Assembly (NCBI GenBank): GCA_964106645.2
Contig: OZ067043.1
Reading direction: 5' to 3' (one strand)
DNA: 64,000 nucleotides
DNA from: Podarcis pityusensis
Lineage: Eukaryota
Position numbers and translations under genes: made by a program. Below the pieces are notes generated by a model. The model made no database searches, was not told where the DNA came from, and saw only the letters and a program-made list of their open reading frames with translations. This document shows, in pieces, positions 48,828 through 62,853 of this stretch. Positions within the stretch are counted from its first letter, which is position 1, and every line of letters begins with the position of its first letter.

Positions 48828-49660
48828 GGCTGTGTACACATTACTGTTTACTCTGGTTCAAATGCACTCCCACAGCTGGCTTTTGAATCCGTGTACACAC
48901 GAAGATACTCATGATACTCACAGCTATCCTGTAGTTGCTTGAAAAATACTGATGTTTGACATGTTTCCCTTCAAATTAGCTTCAAAAGGAAAACTTAAGC
49001 CAAATTTACTTCACAGTTAAGCTGAGGTGTGTACATTTGTGTGTGTACAGATAACAGCACATGTATAGATAGCTGGCACGTGCATGAATAGGAGTTTAGA
49101 GATGGTTTGCAGGGACAGGGTAACTGAACAGGAAATGTGCATTGGGTGAAGACATCTGGTGTGCACAGCAATGTGCAAATGTGACTTGAAATGCAATGGG
49201 ATGGGGGATGGACAACCTACCTGTATCTTAAGTTGCTTAATGTGTGTACACGTTACCAGATTAACGTGCAACAAGGCTGTTTTTCCCTGCTGCATTCCAA
49301 GTTGCATTTGCATATCACTGAGCACATCAGACAGGGGGTGGGGATGTCTTCACATGATGCATATGACCTGATTGGTTTCCTTGCCCCTGCAACCTCCTCC
49401 CCCGGAATGCCTATTCATGAACCTGTGCATACACAATAGCTATCTCAAATACACACACCTCTGTTTAACTGTGAAGTGAATGTGGCTTAAGTTTTCGCTT
49501 TAGATTGAAGGTGATTTGAAGGAAAACACATCAAACAGCAGCATTTATCAAGGAGACGCAGGATAATTCTGCATCATGGGTAATAATGTAGATACACAGA
49601 TTCAAAAGCCAGCAGTGGGAGCACACTGGAACCAGAGTAAACAGTAATGTGTGCACAGCC
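48828..49660. mobile_element. Long palindromic (foldback) non-autonomous DNA transposon, possibly PIF/Harbinger-derived
   Basis: The left end ggctgtgtacacattactgtttactctggttc is the near-exact reverse complement of the right end gaaccagagtaaacagtaatgtgtgcacagcc, and complementarity continues inward to about 49250. Confidence 0.8.
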
Positions 49661-50136
49661 CACAGTCAGTTTGGAGATGGTTTGGGGAGAGTTATGGACT
49701 AAAGGTAGAAGCACAAGCTGGTAAAAGCTGTCTTGGAAAACTGCTTTGTGAAGTCTTTCAGGAAATCGCTTGTATTTTTGTGTTTTAAAGTATGTAGGTG
49801 AGATGGAGAAAATGGAAGTGCCATGCCAGAAAGCTCAGTTCCGCTTTCCCTCAGAATCAGCCTTCAATTTATATCAGTATCAACAGTGCATAGAGGCATC
49901 CAGGATGTTGTCGGTGCTTTCCAAGCATATGGGGAGAACCCTTGCTGTTATCACCTGCAAATGATCACATCCATGTATGCGCTGTCCAAACAAAACTAAG
50001 AGTCAATACCACCCCAACCTTTGCCAGCCTGGTGACCTCCAAATGTTTTCACAGCAGGGTGGTTCTGTGCTGGCTGGGTCTGATGGGAGTTGTAGTCCTA
50101 AACAATTGGTTGGTGAAGGCTGCCTAAACTCTAGTA

Positions 50137-50378
50137 CAGTGGTACCTCAGGTTACATACGCTTCAGGTTACATACGCTTCAGGTTACAGACTCCGCTAAC
50201 CCAGAAATAGTGCTTCAGGTTAAGAACTTTGCTTCAGGATGAGAACAGAAATCGTGCTCCGGCAGCACGGCAGCAGCAGGAGGCCCCATTAGCTAAAGTG
50301 GTGCTTCAGCTTAAGAACAGTTTCAGGTTAAGTACAGACCTCTGGAACTAATTAAGTACTTAACCTGAGGTACCACTG
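50137..50378. mobile_element. Tc1/mariner (Tigger/pogo-like) MITE
   Basis: TIR cagtggtacctcaggtta / taacctgaggtaccactg, TA TSD. Confidence 0.9.
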
Positions 50379-50440
50379 TAGTAACATAGAATTGGTTCTG
50401 CAAGCAGTAGGGAAAGTATAAGTTTGTTTGTGTGAGAGAA

Positions 50441-50481
50441 TGTGTGTGTGTGTGTGTGTGTGAGTGAGTGAGAGAGAGAGA
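50441..50481. repeat. (TG)n(GAGT)n(GA)n compound microsatellite
   Basis: Directly visible. Confidence 0.9.
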
Positions 50482-53254
50482 ATAAATTAACTCACTGACT
50501 GAGAGTGTGATGGGTGATTAACTGCTCAGCAGCTAATTAAGGCTAAAATCTTATGCACTGGGAGTAAGTTTAATCGGACACAGTGGGACTTCCTTCAGTG
50601 TAATCATGTTTAAGAGTGTGTTACCTTCTTCAGAGAGGATAATGCTGTTATAGTACAGTCATTAACATGTTTAATCATTGTAAAATCTCAATGTATTCCA
50701 TTGGGCTTATTCTCAAGTAAGAGTACATAGGATTGTAACTAAAATCTGCTGCAGCAAAAGTGGCTGTATTATCATCAGTTGCAGCTGCTGCGAATGGACA
50801 CCTTGCTAATTTCTACAGTTCAAACTGCTGTCAGACAGATAGCTACCAGGGCCAATTTAAAGTTAGAAGCTTCACAGCTATTGTGTTGTACGCAACTATC
50901 TTTAACTCAGAGTAGACCTATTAAAATTAAAGGAGCTAAGTTAGTCATGGTCATAAATTTCAATGGATCTACTCTGATTAAATGTTAGTTGAATACAACT
51001 CATTATCAGCAGCTCACCAGATGGTAGTAACTTTCCGTTTAAAACTGTTGCAAACTGAGCAGGGTTCAGTTACAAGCATTTGAAAGTAGAGACGTGGCGG
51101 GCTTTGGGAATGGTGCGGTAAGTACTAGGCATTTGCACTGCTGATGACAATCCAGAAGAAAAGCACACACACCAAACACTCAAGGCAGATTAAAGTACAT
51201 TTAATTGGTTTTGGTGGAACTCACTTCCATGGAAATGTGTCTAGGACTGGAGGCAGGTGAATGAATGCTGCTTTGTGCTTCTTCAAAGGCAATACATATA
51301 AATCCTCATCTAAGTAGGCTTGTATCCTCCTGCTTGCACTTACATAATTTTAGATTCCTGGGTGCACTGTTGTAGATTTCTTGGAAAGATGGTGGGAAGG
51401 AATTGCTCTTTAAGAAGAGACTGCCACTGTCAGAAATGCTCATGGCAAAGGGGTGTGCAGAAAGCCCTGAGAATATTATTTATAAACACAGGCCTGACTA
51501 CTCCTCTCCAGGTATTTGCCGGAGGAATTGCACACCCTGCTGCAAACAAGCAAATATTAAATCTGGGGAGTACCAGGCATGTAAACACAGTCCTCTGGTG
51601 CGGCAAGCTGCCAGCCAGTCTCAGTAGCAGGCAGGACGTTTCCTGCGTAAAATGATTTGAGTCCTGAGGCACTGGGATTTTGCTGAAAATGTGTGAGGGG
51701 GAGGAAGCAGATTGTCTTTGCTCTGTGTTGAAGGGGTCAAGCCTAGTTTAGGGTACAACTTATGCATTGCCAGAAAAGAGAAACTGCATCGCCCACCTCA
51801 TAAAAAACAATGGAGAACACAGACTTGTATAAAATTTGCATATGCTAATGTATATGCATATGTGCACATTTAACAGCATTTCCTGTCATTTAAACAGAAA
51901 TGCAACCATCTTACCATAGTAAGGACTGGGATCAGGGGACCTGTGTCTCTGTTCAGCCAGCTGTCTATGGGATGTTGATCGCCAGCTTCAAGGCCTCTGT
52001 GCTCACTTCAGTTCTTTATATTTAAACCTGACTTGGACTGGGCAGCTCTTCCAAGAGGACGCCTTAAAATAGAGGACTGTGCTCTTGCCAGTCCTTCAAA
52101 TAGAGGACTGTCCTCCATATTGTAGGACACAGGGACACCGTAAGGCTGCTTAGTTGACAAGGCTACATTTCAAAGTGCTGGCCTTAACATCTGAAATCTC
52201 TGTGTGGCCTGGAATCAGTGCACCTCAAGAACCAGCTGCTCCCACCTAAACCAGGCCAGATTTTGGATCCTATTCAGAGGCCCTTCTTTGGGCCCACCTG
52301 CCTTCAGAGACAGGACTTTTTTGTAGCGGTGTCCTGGCTTTGGAATGCCGGCCTTATGGCATTCCATAATGATAACTTTGTTACCTTTTCAGCATCAGAT
52401 AATGACCTTTCAATTTGCCCAGTCCTTTTAGATGCTGTTTTAACTCATTTAATCATACTCAGGCCTATAGTTTTATTATCTCAACAAACATGAATTCAGT
52501 CTCACAACAATCCAAAGGGGATACTTATAAACTTTCTAAAGCAACTTGTTCCATTCCCAACCCAATAGAATATTCTTTCCAATAGTCTGTTCCATTGGAA
52601 CAGAGAAAACTACCTTCTTAAGACCATTGATCCATTTAGTTCAGTGTTGTCTATCTGGCAGTGACTATCAAAGGCTTCAGAGAGGAATCATCCCAGACCT
52701 ACCTGAAGATGCCAGGGACTGAACCTGTGACTTTCTGCATGCAAAACCTGCCCTCTACCCATGAGCCATTGCCTCTCTACTAAAAATGGTATTCCTAGGC
52801 ACTGGCAGTCATTCCTATAAATACTAACTAGACCTGACACGATTTGGCTTCTGAGATCAGAAGAGATGGAACTTGGATAGCTGCTTTATATTGAATCAGA
52901 CCATTGGTCTAGCTAGCTCATTGCTGTCAATCCTGACCAACAGTGTATTTTCTGGGTTTCATTCAGGGAGTCTTTCTCATCTCTTCCTGGAGATACCAGT
53001 GATTTAACCTGGGACTTCTGCCTAAGCATTATTTCATGCTCATGGGTGTGGCGAACAGTTCTCCAGTCTCTCTATAGCCGCCTGCTGCATTTGAAACTGC
53101 TTTCAGTCATCTTCCACTTTTAGTTTCTTTCCTCTAAATAAAGTATGCTGCCTGGTTTCTTCCACCTGTTTCTTTTGCAGCCTTTCTTAAAGCATGAAAG
53201 GGCCAGTCACTTGCTAATACGATGCTCCTCTCAGATGAGATGCTGCTCTCTCTG

Positions 53255-53581
53255 CTAGAGGTCCAGCACCGAGGGCCTTCTGGCGGTTCCCTCACTGCGA
53301 GAAGCCAAGTTACAGGGAACCAGGCAGAGGGCCTTCTCGGTAGTGGCGCCTGCCCTGTGGAGCGCCCTCCCACCAGATGTCAAAGAGAAAAATAACTACC
53401 AAACTTTTAAAAGGCATCTAAAGGCAGCCCTGTTTAGGGAAGCTTTTAATGTTTAATAGGTTATTGTATTTTAGTGTTTTGTTGGAAGCTGCCCAGAGTG
53501 GCTGTGGGGACCCTGCCAGATGGGCGGGGTATAAATAATAAATTATTATTATTATTATTAATATTATTATTATTATTATTA
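53255..53581 (+). mobile_element. L2-clade LINE 3' fragment with (TTA)n tail
   Basis: agggccttctcggtagtggcgcctgccctgtgga (RAFSVVAPALW) and gggcggggtataaataataaa followed by (tta)n. Confidence 0.8.
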
Positions 53582-56500
53582 GTCTGAAGTTGTTTATTTT
53601 TTATGGGGGCCGGGGAGGCAGTACTTAAGATATTAACTTTTGGTATTTGCAGCTTTCTAGCAGCAAGTTACTGAGAAGGTACTTGGTCAACATCTTCCAT
53701 TCAACTCAAGCATCATTTATATGCAATCACACCCAGAAACATAAAACCTGCCTCCATACTAATGCAAAACACTACAAGTCATGGCACACAGCCAGGGTAT
53801 GGGAGGGGGGTAGTTCCCAGGTTCTGGTATAGGTAGGGCAGTGTTACCTTATGGCCATACTCCTAGAATCATTCAGAGGTGAGTCTCGTGCTGTAGCACA
53901 CCCAGGGGTGTGTGGCAGGCAGATGGTGCACTCTGTAACTCTGCCAGTCTCAAAAGACTGGTGAACTAGAGCAGGGCACACACCCTGCATACAGCATTGT
54001 CTGACCAGGGAGGCCCCATGTTTTATTAATGCAGGAAGGCCCTTGGTAGCAAGAGATGCTATATTAAAAGCCTTCCTTATCTGGGGACTCCTGGAGCAAA
54101 TCAAGGCAGCCTAGCTAACTTTGAATCTTGCTATATTCTTTGTGATTCAGTTGAATGTATAGAAATTTAATTAATAGCGATAATAATAATGTGAGGAAGT
54201 TGAGTTTCTGTCATGAGAGAACCATATCCCACCAAGCACATTGATTGGACTAGATGTCACTAGATTTTAATTTGTACGCTGCTTTTCCACAGAAGGGATT
54301 GCATTGAAAGCGTCTCACACAAACAAGAATGTCAGCACTACATGATAAAACATGTTAGCAAACACCCGTAAGCATTTCAATGACATTTCATTTCAAAACA
54401 AAATACTGACATTTCAGTAATATGACAGTAAGTCATAGAAAAAAAATAAAATCAAAGAATTACCTGTCATCTCTGATAACTCTGAAAAGAGATTTTGAAT
54501 GTGAAAACTTGTATTTGTGTTTGGCAAATGCTGGTAGGGGAACGGTTGTGGCTCAGCTTTAGAGCACATGCTTTTTCATTCAGAAGGGCCAAGTTCAATC
54601 CCTGGCAGCTCCAGGAACGGCTGGTAATAACCTCTGTCACACTCTGGTGAGCAGCTGCCAATCAGATAATTCTAAGCAAGATGGACCAATTGTCTGACTC
54701 AGTATAAGGGAGCTTGCTTAAGTTCCTCTTGCTGTTCTCTAACTGAAACAAACAAACAATTTCTTTGCATATGGTGTTTTAATCCCTTGTTTATCCTCCC
54801 CACCTCTGTTCCCTCAAAAAACCTACAAAAACCAACCAACAAACAAAAAAACCTAAGGCTATTTCTTCAGTTATCTGTATTATGTAAATCTACACCCCCC
54901 CCCCCAACTCTGCAAGTTATTTACAAATGCTTGAATGGCTTGTAATCTTTTCCTCCCTTGTTCAAAAATAAATAAAAATGATTTATAAAAAGGAGAGGGG
55001 GGAAATCCTTCAAATGAAGTACAGTAGTCAACAACAACAGCAACAACAACACCTCAGTATAAAGAAGTGCCACAACAACAGAGAGGGCCTCAACTGGAGT
55101 TTGCAAAAACACAACAATGAAGAGGTTTGTAAACCACCTTCCAGCCCCCCTTTTATTTTTGCCTTTGACACTGTGGCTACCCCTTAGACAAGGGACATTT
55201 TCAGTATCTTAACCAATTATCCCTCTCATCTCATGATGGGACATGGGATTATACCTTCACTCTCTATAGGAAGACAACCTCAGTGTACCAAGAGAAGACA
55301 CTCGGAGAGAGAAAAAGAAAATTACGAAGAGGCTGGGATTTTTTTGTTTATTTATTGGATTATTTAGCTGCCCCTCACCATAAGGTCCAAGGATGGGTTG
55401 CAATGATAAAATAGTATGTACAAAATTAAAAAGAGTTAAAACAATTTACATCAGGATATTGACTATCAAAACCAGTTAAAAGTGGTTTTATATCAGAAGA
55501 GGAGGGTAGGTCCTAAAATGTATACTGTATCTGTCAGATACAGTTTAAGACTAGCAAGTCCTGCTATTTCTAGGGGTTGAACTATGAAAGATCTTGATTC
55601 CATTATTCTTGTCAGGGGTGAGAGCAATTTAATGTACCCCACAGCAAGTCAGTGGTTCTGCCATTAGAATACTCTGAAAAGTGCCCCAAAGTAGCAAGAA
55701 ACTCTTCAAATGTTTCTCAATTTAAGTTAAGGCCTGAAATGTGTTCATTTAGAAAATTACTGCTAGAGTTGTCTGATGTCCTATTTTTAAAGGACAGCTC
55801 CTGATATTAGAATATCACACCCTCCTACTCAAGATGCGGTGAGGGGAATAAATCACCCTCTAGTTCCATACAGAAGCTGTCTTTATCCTTGTCTCAATTT
55901 AGTAGGAATAGGTTTCTGCGGCATTCCAGCAAGGGGGAAACAAAACAACCTCTAATGTTGCCTCTCCAGCTGGGAAGGCAACATCTTTCTATCAGAATAT
56001 AATGGAGATTTCCACCTCTCTTTGGTCCAAAATGATCTAGTACTGAAACACTAGCCTACCCAGCCAGGAATCCAGGCAAAAAGAGGATTTTTCCACCAAT
56101 ATTTTAAATTAATCAGAACACCACGAGGTATTTTGCCTGGACGTCTGCCCTCCTCATGCCTCATTGTTTTGGAACAATATGAGCAGTTTATCACATGTTG
56201 TCCTCTAGCCATACAATTCCACTTGTCCATTAAAAACTGCATTGTTTGGAGGGAAAAATTATAATCACAGCCAGCAAGGCTGGGGAAGACAGATATTGTG
56301 TGGCATTTCAGCTGTTGCACTTTGAAATGGAATCAGGGGGTCCTGCAGATGTTTTCCATTCTACAATGCTGGTGATCTAAAAGGAATCCCTCCCTCCAGT
56401 GTTGTAAAAACAAGGGATTTGAACATCAAAGAGTATGGAAATGAAAGGTCACATGAAGAATCAAGGGCAGTTCTGGGATCCAAATACCTCCCCCCTTCTT

Positions 56501-57505
56501 CAGAGGTGGCTTGGCTTCATAGCAATACCACTTTGCTCACCTGATACCTCTAGAGGAGGGACATATCATAGCAATTGCTGGGCTGAGCCAGAACAAGTGC
56601 CCATACCACAGAGAAATCTTTCTCCAGATCTAAAGCGCTCCTGAAAAAATGAGTAAGGAATAGGGGAGTGCAGTGATTTGTTCCAAGCTCTCATATTCTG
56701 CTGTGACGCTGCACCCTAACTTAATGACTAATAATTTTAGGAGGGGGAATCATAGCTCCGTGATGGGGCACGCAGAATCATAGAACTGTAGTGTTGAAAG
56801 GGACCCTGAGGTTCAACCCCCTTCAGTGCAGTGCTTTGATGCCGAAGGTGCCACGTCCAGTCTTTATCATCACCAGTTTAAAAAGGATCAGGTAAGGGTT
56901 GCTTCCAATCAGAGCAGATTATTATAGGCTAGATGGACAAAAAGCCTGACCTGGTAAAAGATAGTTTCCTGTGTTCCGTTAAAATAAACATTTGTTCTGT
57001 TAATTTTAATCTTGGTTATAGTGTTGCATGGCACCCCAGTCTCTAGCAGTGCAAGATTCCTGGTGTTCCAGACCCTTACCTAAGGTTCATGTTTCCTTTT
57101 GGACTGTGGTGTCTTTATGATATATGCTTTATTTACACATCTATACAACCTGAGCCTGCGAAGGAGGGGTTCACAGCATCAACACACCAAAAAGTTATTG
57201 TTTCTCCCATAACCACAGCCTTGGATTCAAATAGAATCCAAACATCTCTTTCATACTTTGCCCCAACTTTCTCTCCAGCTTGCTGCTTTCCTTCTAGGTC
57301 ACATCACTGCTACTTTCAACTCAAAACTCTGGCTTTGTCTTCTAACTAACCACGGGCAGCCCCTCCCATTTTCTGTCTCACACAGAGCCCTTTCCTCCAT
57401 TTCCCTTAATGGCCCATCACCCAGGCTGTCACCTCTACACAGGAAGCTAGTGGCTGATATGTCAACACTTGCTGGATTCAAGGGACAGGAGAATCTCACA
57501 TATAG

Positions 57506-57793
57506 CCTTCTTCTTTGGCAATCACTTATAGCCGAGTAAGATTATCTTCTATAAACAGTTTTAACAGTGAGTCCGTAAGTGACTGTGAAGGCCAATTCTG
57601 GATCCACATGTCCTTCCACAGTGGGGACATAGATTTCCGAGCGGGAGTTGATCATGGTGAAGGTTTGCCAAACGTGCCTTCCTCTTAGCTCGTTTCTCCC
57701 TTTCGTCCTGAGTTTTGAGCATCTTCAAAACCCATGACACCTTTGGTAAAGGCTGTTCTCCAATTGGAGTGCTCGCGGGCCAGTGTTTCCCAG
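57506..57793 (-). mobile_element. RTE-clade LINE 3' end, same family as 37424-38820
   Basis: The reverse complement aligns by eye with 38537-38815 and ends in the same gtgat(c/t)gccaaagaagaa tail. Confidence 0.85.
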
Positions 57794-59619
57794 CACATAG
57801 CCTACTTCCTCCCTAACAAACTCATAACAATATTATTATCCATTGCTGGATCAATGAATTTCATGGGAATAGTTGGACTCATCTATTTAAAAAGTCGTTT
57901 TATACATCCTAAAGTGGCTACCTAGCTTTTTAATTTGTTGTTGTTTTCTATTTTGTTGTTTGTAATTAATTAATTAATTAATTGCAGGCATGTAGAGTGA
58001 CAGCTGCTCTAGTGCTGTGCCTAAGAGACATGAGTTGCAAAGTCCTTTCCTACTTTGACTCACATCCTTGCCTTGAACTTTCTCCCAAGCCTTAGGCTAA
58101 CCCCTCTCTTTCAGTTACAGACAGCCCCATTCCCATCTACAATGTATGTGGATTCACGATATCCCTGCCCAATCAATGAGGTCTTTGAGAAAGTCAATTT
58201 TAGCTGTCCCCCATGGCTTGTATGCACCAGGAGTCCTGCATTCTATATTGTGGGCCCAAGTTTATGGAACTCACTTCCAGTTGAGGTTCCAGACAGACCC
58301 TCCCTGTTGAACTTCCAGTACCTATTGAAGATTTTCAACTCAAACAGACATTTTAACAGTATCCTGATTTTATAGTTTTGAGCGAGTTGTTACTCCACTT
58401 AGAGATGATTGTAATGAAGCAGTATATAAATTGTCAAAATGAATCAAATCATCATCATCATCCTTACGGGGTTCATCAAGATAATGTATGCAAAGTGCTT
58501 TGAACAGTCAAGTACTATATTGCATCAGCACTAGAAGTAGGAAGGAAGTTTCTCAAACTTTGTGAGCTTCTTTGTGAGCTTCCCTAAATTGTATAAAATT
58601 TGCTTGATGTGTCCTAAGTGTATGTACTCAAAAAATATTGGCTATTATTCAAACCAACATTTGATAGTAGTATTCAAGCCAAATATTAAAAAAGGAATAT
58701 CAAGGGAATGCAATTTCCAAAGAATTTTTTTAAAAAGGAAAGGAAAGTAACACCAGTGGAATAACTCTGTTAGGGCCAAATGAAATGTCAGAAATAGTGA
58801 GCAGGTTTTCAAATTTCCCAAAACTCTTTTTCAGGCTAGGAAATAGACACATTAAACAAAAAAAGCAACAGTAGGGGGAGATAAAACTGGAGCGATGGAA
58901 AATCCTCTGTCTGCATTTTGCCAAAGTCTCAAAGATAGAAGATTGGTGCTTTGCAGACTTAATTAGGTTAGACCTCTCCTTCTGAAAGCAGAAAAGCCAA
59001 GCTATCAATTATGCAGATCTGTCTCTAATCTGTTATTCAGAGTAAGATCAGACCAGTTAGTAGCTCATGGCAGAGTCTCTTTGTGTGCAACAGAGGACTG
59101 GCTAATGATGGCAGTACTTTGTGATCAACCTGAATGTTAAGTCAAAACATGTGAGGAGGTGTTAATGGGGAAATTCTAAACAGCAACTGAGTAGTGACTC
59201 AGCCCAGTAGGAATGCTTTGTATGGATGCTGTTGGGAACAGTGCTGGAGGCCCTGGGGAATCTCATAAAGTGCAACCCTAAACAATATGCTCATAATTAA
59301 GTCCCATTGATTTCAATGAGGCTTACTCCCAGATAGGTGTTTATAAAATGTTTGCAAGTTATATCATAGTTTCCCTGTGTGACATGTGTGACGGCACTGA
59401 TCTTAGTAACTGGGCAGGTTGTTAAGGAAGAAGGCACTATTTTAGATATTTTAACTCTTTTGTGTATATGTAGTATAAGCATCTTGAGTTGGGCTAAAAA
59501 GCAAATTGACAAGCTGAACAGAATACTTAGTAGCCAGATAGGTCACCTGTTCACAGTCTTTCTGAGTCTATGCTGAGATGTATTGAATTATTCAAATTAG
59601 CATATGCAAAATTTATGTA

Positions 59620-59628
59620 TATTATTAC

Positions 59629-59662
<34 letters not shown>
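59620..59662. repeat. (ATT)n microsatellite
   Basis: Directly visible. Confidence 0.95.
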
Positions 59663-60126
59663 GAGTCACTTTCCATGAGGCATTTCCCCCCGCAAAGGCC
59701 CACTCTTCCATTATCTCCTGAGACAGACACATGCCAGCAACAGTGAGGCATCCCAAAGTGATTTAAAATATCTATGTCCTCTTTTCTTCTTTTTCATTTT
59801 TTTATGATGCATTTTGTCTTCTTTTTTGGTGGTGTGGAAGTAGTCACTGGGTTCAGTTGATCATTTGCTTGTGATAAATACTGCAGCAATGCTTCCAGAA
59901 TGTAATTTCTTTTTCGTTGTCTTCTTCCAAGAGAGAGACAGGCTTTTACATGTCATAGGCATGTGGGAAATCGGTACTCATCGAGTTCCATCTCACTCAT
60001 TTTGCCTACTATGATATGAAGCTGATCAGCTTAGCGTGGTTTAGCATCCCAAGTAGGCTGATTTATATCTCCAAAATGAAAGTGCTGATTATGTCAGCAG
60101 GGCCAGCAAAATACATTGTGCTACTT

Positions 60127-60381
60127 GAAGAAGAAGAAGGAGAGTTTGGATTTTATATCCCGCTTTATCACTACCCGAAGGAGTCTCAAAGCGGCTAACA
60201 TTCTCCTTTCCCTTCCTCCCCCACAACAAACACTCTGTGAGGTGAGTGGGGCTGAGAGACTTCAGAGAAGTATGACTAGCCGAAGGTCACCCAGCAGCTG
60301 CATGTGGAAAAGCAGAGACGCGAACCTGGTTCCCCAGATTACGAGTCCACCGCTCGTAACCACTACACCACACTGGCTCTC
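60127..60381 (-). mobile_element. Squam3-like tRNA-derived SINE
   Basis: Minus strand gagagccagtgtggtgtagtggtta...gctgctgggtgacct...gccgctttgagactccttcgggtagtga... with a (CTT)n tail; full length and little diverged. Confidence 0.85.
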
Positions 60382-60723
60382 GAGGCAGGTATATCAGCCT
60401 CCTCCTCCTCCTCCTTTGAGAGGTGTTACTTACATATATGTGCTGGTGCATTAGCAGTGGTGGCACAGGCATTCAAGGCTTCAAACAACATTTGCAGAAG
60501 TATTCCACCTACATTGTCAGAGACAGGCCAGTTGCTGGGAACAAAAATGGGGAGAGCACTGTTACTTTCAGATCCTGCCTATGGGCTTCCATTAGGCATC
60601 CAGCTGGCCACTGTGAAAACAGAATGCTGGACTAGAAGGGGCTTTGGTCTGATCCAGCTGGACACGTCTTATATTCTTAATGGCAAATACTGAAGTTTCA
60701 ATGTAGCAAATAGTGAAATTTTA

Positions 60724-62853
60724 TTTTTTATTTTTTTTATAAGATATTTATTAAAGTTTCAACATAATACAAAAATAAGCGAAAAAAGAAAAAAATAGAA
60801 AAAAATAGAAAATGAAAATACAAAATAAAAACAGTTAAAAAACAGATTAGTCTTTCCATATCTTAACTTTCATTTGCTTGTTTCCCCAACCTCCTCACAC
60901 CTCCCTTTTTTGTATTCCAGTTCAAATTAGTTAATTCAGCAAATCCTTTCCCTCTTTGATTCTATCTTAATCTTTTATCTTAATATATTGTAACTTTAGA
61001 TTATCACCTGTTAACAATCCACTTTTACATATGCCTTTATAACATTGCTGCTAGAAACCATTTAACTTCAATCCAACATCATTCTAACATTCATTAATTT
61101 TGCAGTATTTCTGTAGATAGTCTTTAAATTTCTTCCAATCTTCTTCCACCAACTCTTCTCCCTGGTCTCGGATTCTGCCAGTCATTTCCGCCAGTTCCAT
61201 ATAGTCCATCACCTTCATCTGCCATTCTTCCAGAGTGGGTAAATCTTGTGTCTTCCAGTACTTTGCAATAAGAATTCTTGCTGCTGTTGTAGCATACATA
61301 AAGAAAGTTCTATCTTTCTTTGGCACCAATTGGCCGACTATGCCCAGGAGAAAGGCCTCTGGTTTCTTCAGGAAGGTATATTTAAATACCTTTTTCATTT
61401 CATTATAGATCATCTCCCAGAAAGCCTTAATCCTTGGGCACGTCCACCAAAGGTGAAAGAATGTACCTTCAGTTTCTTTACATTTCCAACATTTATTATC
61501 GGGCAAATGATAGATTTTTGCAAGCTTGACTGGTGTCATGTACCACCTGTATATCATTTTCATAATATTCTCTCTTAAGGCATTACATGCCGTAAACTTC
61601 ATACCTGTGGTCCATAACTGTTCCCAGTCAGCTATCATTATGTTATGTCCAACATCTTGTGCCCATTTAACCATAGCAGATTTCACCGTTTCATCCTGAG
61701 TATTCCATTTCAACAGCAAGTTATACATCTTTGACAAAGTCTTAGTTTTGGAATCTAACAGTTCTGTTTCCAATTTTGATTTTTCCACCTGGAAGCCAAT
61801 TTTCTTATCCAAATTATATGCCTCCATTATCTGATAATAATGAAGCCAATCTCGCGCTTTATTTTTTAGTTTTTCAAAACTCTGCAATTTCAATTTATCT
61901 CCCTCTTGTTCCAAAATTTCCCAATATTTCGGCCATTTGGCCTCCATATTGAGCTTTTTCAAAGCTTTCGCTTCCATCGGTGACAACCACCTTGGGGTTT
62001 TATTTTCAAGTAGGTCCTTGTATCTTATCCAAACATTAAACAATGCTTTCCTGACAATATGATTTTTAAATGCTTTATGTGCTTTGACCTTGTCATACCA
62101 CAAATATGCATGCCATCCAAATACATTATTAAAACCTTCTAAATCCAAAATGTCTGTGTTTTCAAGAAGTAGCCACTCTTTCAGCCAGCAGAAAGCTGCT
62201 GATTCATAATAAAGTTTAAGGTCTGGCAGGGCAAATCCACCTCTTTCCTTTGCATCCGTTAGTATTTTAAATTTTATTCTAGGCTTCTTGCCCTGCCAGA
62301 CAAATCTAGAAATATCTCTCTGCCACTTCTTGAAGCAATCCATTTTGTCCAAAACTTGCAATGTTTGAAACAATAACAACATTCTAGGCAATACATTCAT
62401 TTTTATCACAGCAATACGGCCTAGCAGTGAAAGCTTCAAATTTGACCAAATTTCTAAATCTTTTTTCACTTCAGTCCAGCATTTTTCATAATTGTCTTTA
62501 AATAAGTTCCCATTTTTAGCTGTCATGTTAATCCCCAGGTATTTCACTTTCTTAACCACTGTTAAACCTGTCTCATTCTGAAACCTCTCTCTCTCAATCG
62601 CTGTTAAATTTTTCTCTAAGACCTTTGTTTTTAACTTATTCAGTTTAAATCCTGCAACCTGACCAAATTCTTGAATCAGTTCCAAAACTCTTTTGGTACT
62701 AGATTCTGGCTCCTGTAATGTCAATACTAAGTCATCTGCAAATGCTCTCAATTTGTACTGTTTAGCTCCGACTTGTATACCTTTAACCAATTGGTCCCTT
62801 CTAATCATATTCAACAGGACCGATATAAAAAGCAATGGGGAGATTGGGCAACC
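60724..62853 (-). mobile_element. L1-clade LINE, 5'-truncated, with intact ORF2 C-terminal part (61084-62853)
   Basis: RT motifs GCPISPLLF and FADD, C-terminal CCHC knuckle CWKCKETEGTFFHLWWTC, 3' UTR with AATAAA and an A-rich tail. Perfect direct repeat gcaaatagtgaaatttta at 60706-60723 and 62854-62871. Confidence 0.95.

Noticed and set aside
51014-51029. CTCF-like motif tcaccagatggtagta
   Set aside because: Mismatches at two strongly conserved positions; too weak to call without data.
61084-62835. 583-aa ORF as a host gene
   Set aside because: It is L1 ORF2, truncated inside the RT domain, with a poly(A) tail and TSD.
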